DNA of 64,000 nucleotides from Escherichia coli (GTDB lineage Bacteria; Pseudomonadota; Gammaproteobacteria; Enterobacterales; Enterobacteriaceae): NCBI RefSeq assembly GCF_003334255.1, contig NZ_QOWU01000022.1; one strand, 5' to 3'. Shown piece by piece: positions 58,547 to 64,000 of this stretch (position 1 is its first letter; each line of letters starts with the position of its first letter). The notes under the pieces were generated by a model. It saw only the letters and a program-made list of their open reading frames with translations, ran no database searches and was not told where the DNA came from. The position numbers and the translations under genes were made by a program.

Positions 58547-58947
58547 ATGAAATTCCTCATAAATAGATGATTACGCAGCCCAGATAAACTGCACAGGGTT
58601 AAATAGTTACAAACATTCGAAATCTGGATATTGTTTTTAACAGAATAAATATATTGATTTAGCGAATATATTTATTCATTAAGTCAATATATTTATTCTT
58701 TAATTTATATTTTTAACGCATTTATTTCAACATAAAATATGGCGTAGTTGAGATTAAATCCGATAATACCTATGAATTAAATAATACAAGTAATTCATGT
58801 GGTAAATAAATCATCATGTTAATGAAGCATTTCTTATCGGCATCTATATGAAATTAAATAAAAAATAATTCTCAATAGTATTACAGTTATTATTGAATGT
58901 TTCAGGAGGTACAACCAGACAGATTTTTCTCGACGAATACCGAATTA

Positions 58948-59271
58948 TTATTTTTGCAACCACATCCCGTTTATCCCGCGAATGTATTCTCCCGGCTTAG
59001 CTTTTGCTACCAGTTTCTGCCCAGCCAATTTTTCCACTTCTGCAACCGGCAAATTATTTTTTATGGCGAGTTTTTGATAGCTCTTTTTACGCGATTCATT
59101 AATCGTTTTGACTAACATCTGTGTTTCGGTATCCGCCTTTAATGCAACCAGATAACCATTATACGTTTCGCCAACACGCCCCTGAGTTCGAGCGTCATCC
59201 AGCGTCAGCGCCATCGCACTGGCGTTAAATAATGCATTAATGACAAAACACAGCATTAAATTTCTCTTCAT
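58948..59271 (-). CDS. ydbL: DUF1318-family periplasmic protein YdbL (107 aa)
   Basis: ORF 58948..59352 trimmed to ATG at 59271 (MKRNLMLCFVINALFNASA...); last gene of the ydbH-ynbE-ydbL operon. Confidence 0.75.
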   Translation of the reverse strand: MKRNLMLCFVINALFNASAMALTLDDARTQGRVGETYNGYLVALKADTETQMLVKTINESRKKSYQKLAIKNNLPVAEVEKLAGQKLVAKAKPGEYIRGINGMWLQK

Positions 59272-59278
59272 ACTCGCC

Positions 59279-59464
59279 TCAGAAAAGATCGCTACGGGTC
59301 TCAAGCAGCTCTTCGACATCTTTGTCTGCCTTGATGATGATCTCATGCTCAATTTTAACGTTCATATTGATAGTGATCGGTTCCTTAGGTGCAGCGACTT
59401 CAATGCGAGGCGTACAGCCAACCAGCATAAAAGATGACGTCAACGCAGCCAGTAAAATTTTCAT
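59279..59464 (-). CDS. ynbE: Lipoprotein YnbE (61 aa)
   Basis: ORF track; lipobox FMLVGC; ATG overlaps ydbH stop (ATGA). Confidence 0.8.
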   Translation of the reverse strand: MKILLAALTSSFMLVGCTPRIEVAAPKEPITINMNVKIEHEIIIKADKDVEELLETRSDLF

Positions 59465-62100
59465 TGTTTTTCCTCACACTCTTTTCCTTGCGGACAGTCA
59501 TTTCCCGGCAGACGTGCGTTCTGCTCCAACCATGCCTGGAGATTATCGCCAAAGCGTAAACTGCGCCACAGCGTAAAAATATTCTCTTCATGATGGTAAT
59601 TAAGGTTTACCGTACCGCTTTTACCATCAACGCGACTGGTACCTGTAATGTTGGCCTGCATGGTTAATAAACCGAGATTATCTAAGTTAATTTTTGTCGA
59701 TGACCGGCTAATTTCCATATAGCGCAACCAGTTAATTGCTGAACCCGCAGTCATATTGTCTTTCACCACCGCATCTGCGGTGTCTTTATCCAGCCGCAAG
59801 GTCATTGGCCCGCTATTTGCCAGCCAACCATCTTTCACTATCCATTTTTCGTTGTTTAGCCATAACGGCAATGCACCACTAAATGCCCCGGACATGGCGA
59901 ATTGTTTCGGATTGACGGCGCTAACCAGTTCGCTGGATGAGAGATTATTCAGCCGCAACAGCGCCGGGTCATGTTGCGGCATGCGTAATTGTTTCATCAG
60001 CACGTTACCGCCTAAAACATCGACGCTAACATCAGTCAACAGCAAGGGTTCTTCTTCAGTCCACGGATAACGCCCTTGCAAATCAGCCGTAATATTTTTC
60101 GCTGTCACCAGATTAATCACTTCGGCAATTCGCAACATAACGGGGCCGCGAGTCCCCAGATGCCAGGCTCCATCGGCAAAACGGAAAGGCAGGACAAAAT
60201 CGACACCGTTAACCTGATTATCTGGCATCCAGGCACTACCGCCTTTCAACACGCCGTGCCCTCCCGCGCGGAATCCTTGTTCAGGCGCAGCAGAAAATGC
60301 AACCTGAGCATACAGTTCACCATCGCGTAAGTTCATCTTCCAGTCGGGTGGCACCAGCGGCTGGAATACAGTCAGTGATTGTTTAGGCCACCAGGCGTTA
60401 CCGCGCAGACGAATACCGTCCCAGCGACCATTTACCCGAACCGGGCCAATCTCACCAGCATGTAAATCGCCTTTAAAGAGGAAATACGTCGGATCGCGCC
60501 CATCGACGCTAAATTTTAAGGTTGATGGCGGTAACACACTGCCGCCAGTGAACAGCGTTTGCCCGGCGTCCAGTGACAGCGCGCCGCTGAAGGAGGGATG
60601 CTGTGCGTCACGTACCCAGACGACGGGCTTGTCGAGAATTAATCGCGGCTTTTCTACCGTCATCGTACCGTATTGTAACTGGTCGAAACCGGTGGAGAGA
60701 TCGGTCAGCGTAATCGTGCTGTCATGCCACTCACCCTTTCCTGCGACATCCCAGGTGGCATTCATCGGTGTAAAACTGCCTTTTCCCCAGTAGCGCCACT
60801 GCCAGCGGCCAGCGTCAGGGAGAAAATCATTCGCCAGCCCATCCATATGCAGCACGAAATCGCCCAGTTCATTTTCATGCGCCTGCAAAATGGCCTGCAA
60901 ACGTCCGTCAACACCACGTTGGGTGACTTTTACACCCGCTAAAGGCCAGCGGATTTCATCGATGTCCAGCGAATCGATGACTCTTCCCTTTGAACGAAGT
61001 AACGCGCCTGGCTCAAAGGTCAGCGTTGGGTCAGACAGACTTCCACTTAGCTGCGCGGGTAAGCGGGCATATAAAATGAGGTCCGCCTGTTTCGCTTCAC
61101 CGGTCAGCTGTAAAGGCAGCTGGCTGTTATCCATGCTTAATTTTCCTGGGCCAAAATTTAGCACCGCGTTGCCCTTACCCGCTTGCCCCTGGGTCAGCAC
61201 ACTCAGTCGTCCGCTGACCAGAGCGTTCTCAAGCCCTGCCTGCCAGTTGTCGACTTTGACACCCAGTCGGCCACTCAAAGGAAAACCTGCATACGGCCAG
61301 CTCCAGCGACCATCGCTTATGGTCAATTGTTGACGAGTAATTTGCCACGGCAAATCGAGCAACGGATCGCCGTTATCCCGTGCCAGCACGATCAATTGCC
61401 CGCTATTTTCCTGCCAGTCCAGCTCTGCATCCACCAGTGACGGTTCCTGCGGCAAGTTTAACGTCGCAGTAGCATGCCCACTTACAGGAAGTCCATCCGG
61501 CACGAGCGGCATAGTAAATTCCCCCACCAGTTTAACCGGCGGCTGATTTTCAAACGCGACGACATCCAGTTCGCTGACTGTAAGTTGTTGCTCTTTCAGC
61601 TGGCCTTGAAATTTAACTTTTTCGCCCTGATAACGCAGTTGCTGGATATCAGAGGTTAATGCGAGAGAGAGTTTTCCCTGCCATTCCTGCCAGGGAGAAA
61701 AAATCAGTTTATCGATATTGATCCAGGTGTTAGGCAGCATGGACTGCCACTGCGCGAGGGTTTTTGGAGCAGCTGGCGATTGCTCCGTCTGCGGCAATTT
61801 CGCCAGACAAGCAGAATCAAGTTCTACCGTGCCGACGTTCAATAACCAGCGGCTCGGATGTGAAAGGCTGGCGTTGGTGATATGCGCAAGCTGACAATCT
61901 CCCACCAGATAACGAAGATCGGGAATGATTAAACCTTTACGCGTAATGCGTGGGCTTTCATCTAATGCAATACGTGTCCCGAGCGGTAGCCAGATGCCCG
62001 CCAGCGTGGGAACCCACAGCCCGAGCGTCATCAGCAGCGTCAACGGCACAAGAATAATCAGTAATAACAGCGCGAGAACGGCTTTATATTTACCCAGCAT
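59461..62100 (-). CDS. ydbH: AsmA-like large envelope protein YdbH (879 aa)
   Basis: ORF track; N-terminal TM anchor followed by long beta-rich body. Confidence 0.85.
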   Translation of the reverse strand: MLGKYKAVLALLLLIILVPLTLLMTLGLWVPTLAGIWLPLGTRIALDESPRITRKGLIIPDLRYLVGDCQLAHITNASLSHPSRWLLNVGTVELDSACLAKLPQTEQSPAAPKTLAQWQSMLPNTWINIDKLIFSPWQEWQGKLSLALTSDIQQLRYQGEKVKFQGQLKEQQLTVSELDVVAFENQPPVKLVGEFTMPLVPDGLPVSGHATATLNLPQEPSLVDAELDWQENSGQLIVLARDNGDPLLDLPWQITRQQLTISDGRWSWPYAGFPLSGRLGVKVDNWQAGLENALVSGRLSVLTQGQAGKGNAVLNFGPGKLSMDNSQLPLQLTGEAKQADLILYARLPAQLSGSLSDPTLTFEPGALLRSKGRVIDSLDIDEIRWPLAGVKVTQRGVDGRLQAILQAHENELGDFVLHMDGLANDFLPDAGRWQWRYWGKGSFTPMNATWDVAGKGEWHDSTITLTDLSTGFDQLQYGTMTVEKPRLILDKPVVWVRDAQHPSFSGALSLDAGQTLFTGGSVLPPSTLKFSVDGRDPTYFLFKGDLHAGEIGPVRVNGRWDGIRLRGNAWWPKQSLTVFQPLVPPDWKMNLRDGELYAQVAFSAAPEQGFRAGGHGVLKGGSAWMPDNQVNGVDFVLPFRFADGAWHLGTRGPVMLRIAEVINLVTAKNITADLQGRYPWTEEEPLLLTDVSVDVLGGNVLMKQLRMPQHDPALLRLNNLSSSELVSAVNPKQFAMSGAFSGALPLWLNNEKWIVKDGWLANSGPMTLRLDKDTADAVVKDNMTAGSAINWLRYMEISRSSTKINLDNLGLLTMQANITGTSRVDGKSGTVNLNYHHEENIFTLWRSLRFGDNLQAWLEQNARLPGNDCPQGKECEEKQ

Positions 62101-62307
62101 GGGTAGTTAATATCCTGATTTAGCGAAAAATTAAGCATTCAATACTGGTATTGTGGCATGTTTAACCGTTCAGTTGAAGGTTGCGCCTACACTAAGCATA
62201 GTTGTTGATGAATTTTTCAATATCGCCATAGCTTTCAATTATATTTGAAATTTTGTAAAATATTTTTAGTAGCTTAAATGTGATTCAACATCACTGGAGA
62301 AAGTCTT

Positions 62308-63297
62308 ATGAAACTCGCCGTTTATAGCACAAAACAGTACGACAAGAAGTACCTGCAACAGGTGAACGAGTCCTTTGGCTTTGAGCTGGAATTTTTTGAC
62401 TTTCTGCTGACGGAAAAAACCGCTAAAACTGCCAATGGCTGCGAAGCGGTATGTATTTTCGTAAACGATGACGGCAGCCGCCCGGTGCTGGAAGAGCTGA
62501 AAAAGCACGGCGTTAAATATATCGCCCTGCGCTGTGCCGGTTTCAATAACGTCGACCTTGACGCGGCAAAAGAACTGGGGCTGAAAGTAGTCCGTGTTCC
62601 AGCCTATGATCCAGAGGCCGTTGCTGAACACGCCATCGGTATGATGATGACGCTGAACCGCCGTATTCACCGCGCGTATCAGCGTACCCGTGACGCTAAC
62701 TTCTCTCTGGAAGGTCTGACCGGCTTTACTATGTATGGCAAAACGGCAGGCGTTATCGGTACCGGTAAAATCGGTGTGGCGATGCTGCGCATTCTGAAAG
62801 GTTTTGGTATGCGTCTGCTGGCGTTCGATCCGTATCCAAGTGCAGCGGCGCTGGAACTCGGTGTGGAGTATGTCGATCTGCCAACCCTGTTCTCTGAATC
62901 AGACGTTATCTCTCTGCACTGCCCGCTGACACCGGAAAACTACCATCTGTTGAACGAAGCCGCCTTCGATCAGATGAAAAATGGCGTGATGATCGTCAAT
63001 ACCAGTCGCGGTGCATTGATTGATTCTCAGGCAGCAATTGAAGCGCTGAAAAATCAGAAAATTGGTTCGTTGGGTATGGACGTGTATGAGAACGAACGCG
63101 ATCTATTCTTTGAAGATAAATCCAACGACGTGATCCAGGATGACGTATTCCGTCGCCTGTCTGCCTGCCACAACGTGCTGTTTACCGGGCACCAGGCATT
63201 CCTGACAGCAGAAGCTCTGACCAGTATTTCTCAGACTACGCTGCAAAACTTAAGCAATCTGGAAAAAGGCGAAACCTGCCCGAACGAACTGGTTTAA
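62308..63297 (+). CDS. ldhA: Fermentative D-lactate dehydrogenase LdhA (329 aa)
   Basis: ORF track; D-isomer 2-hydroxyacid dehydrogenase with NAD-binding GVIGTGKIG. Confidence 0.95.
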   Translation: MKLAVYSTKQYDKKYLQQVNESFGFELEFFDFLLTEKTAKTANGCEAVCIFVNDDGSRPVLEELKKHGVKYIALRCAGFNNVDLDAAKELGLKVVRVPAYDPEAVAEHAIGMMMTLNRRIHRAYQRTRDANFSLEGLTGFTMYGKTAGVIGTGKIGVAMLRILKGFGMRLLAFDPYPSAAALELGVEYVDLPTLFSESDVISLHCPLTPENYHLLNEAAFDQMKNGVMIVNTSRGALIDSQAAIEALKNQKIGSLGMDVYENERDLFFEDKSNDVIQDDVFRRLSACHNVLFTGHQAFLTAEALTSISQTTLQNLSNLEKGETCPNELV

Positions 63298-63407
63298 TCT
63301 TGCCGCTCCCCTGCAATCCAGGGGAGCTGATTCAGATAATCCCCAATGACCTTTCATTCTCTATTCTTAAAATAGTCCTGAGTCAGAAACTGTAATTGAG
63401 AACCACA

Positions 63408-63830
63408 ATGAAGAAAGTAGCCGCGTTTGTTGCGCTAAGCCTGCTGATGGCGGGATGTGTAAGTAATGACAAAATTGCTGTTACGCCAGAACAGCTACAG
63501 CATCATCGCTTTGTGCTGGAAAGCGTAAACGGTAAGCCCGTGACCAGCGATAAAAATCCGCCAGAAATCAGCTTTGGTGAAAAAATGATGATTTCCGGCA
63601 GCATGTGTAACCGCTTTAGCGGTGAAGGCAAACTGTCTAATGGTGAACTGACAGCCAAAGGGCTGGCAATGACCCGTATGATGTGCGCTAACCCGCAGCT
63701 TAATGAACTCGATAACACCATTAGCGAAATGCTGAAAGAAGGTGCACAAGTGGATCTGACCGCGAACCAGTTAACGCTGGCGACCGCGAAACAGACATTA
63801 ACTTATAAGCTGGCGGATTTAATGAATTAA
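63408..63830 (+). CDS. hslJ: Heat-shock lipoprotein HslJ (140 aa)
   Basis: ORF 63396..63830 trimmed to ATG at 63408 (MKKVAAFVALSLLMAGC...). Confidence 0.85.
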   Translation: MKKVAAFVALSLLMAGCVSNDKIAVTPEQLQHHRFVLESVNGKPVTSDKNPPEISFGEKMMISGSMCNRFSGEGKLSNGELTAKGLAMTRMMCANPQLNELDNTISEMLKEGAQVDLTANQLTLATAKQTLTYKLADLMN

Positions 63831-64000
63831 TAGCTGCCACAGCTCCCGGCGGCAAGTGACTGTTCGCTACAGCGTTTGCCGTTGGGTAATGCACACATCC
63901 CAATCGCCGTACCATCCAGTTGACGGGCAACAGAAAGCGAACCGCCGATCATTGCACAATTTGCTTCTCCACTACTGGACATCGACGCTTTTAAACCTGG
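63827..64000 (-). CDS. ydbJ: DUF333-family small protein, C-terminal part (probable ydbJ; 5' end beyond window)
   Basis: Reverse-strand frame open to the window edge, ending ...ANCAMIGGSLSVARQLDGTAIGMCALPNGKRCSEQSLAAGSCGSY*; stop overlaps hslJ stop. Confidence 0.5.
   Translation of the reverse strand, partial: PGLKASMSSSGEANCAMIGGSLSVARQLDGTAIGMCALPNGKRCSEQSLAAGSCGSY

Overview
This window reads as an Escherichia coli chromosomal segment, collinear (in inverted orientation) with the K-12 region running from the rhsE side through yncG–ansP–yncD, ydcSTUV–patD, hicAB, tehAB, trg, hokB, aldA, hrpA and ydbH to ldhA–hslJ. Gene identities come from my recognition of the translated ORFs; no database search was run, and all comparisons with K-12 are from memory. 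Nearly every ORF of 60 aa or more maps to a known E. coli gene, so I do not see a convincing undescribed multi-gene system. The points worth a second look are strain-specific differences from K-12: (1) an intact vgrG followed 66 bp later by the PAAR-type N-terminus of an Rhs protein at the window start, bordered by about 1 kb of AT-rich DNA; (2) a single chimeric ORF where K-12 has ynbA–ynbB–ynbC, consistent with an in-frame deletion; (3) ydbL lying directly beside a full-length ydbA autotransporter, with no feaRB–tynA–paa cluster or IS2/IS30 between them; (4) a 30-bp tandem repeat inside ydbA; (5) an intact gapC; (6) no IS609 between ydcL and ydcO. I also annotated several short features missing from the ORF track (hicA with a GTG start, hokB/mokB, ydcA, yncL, RydC sRNA, REP elements, terminators).
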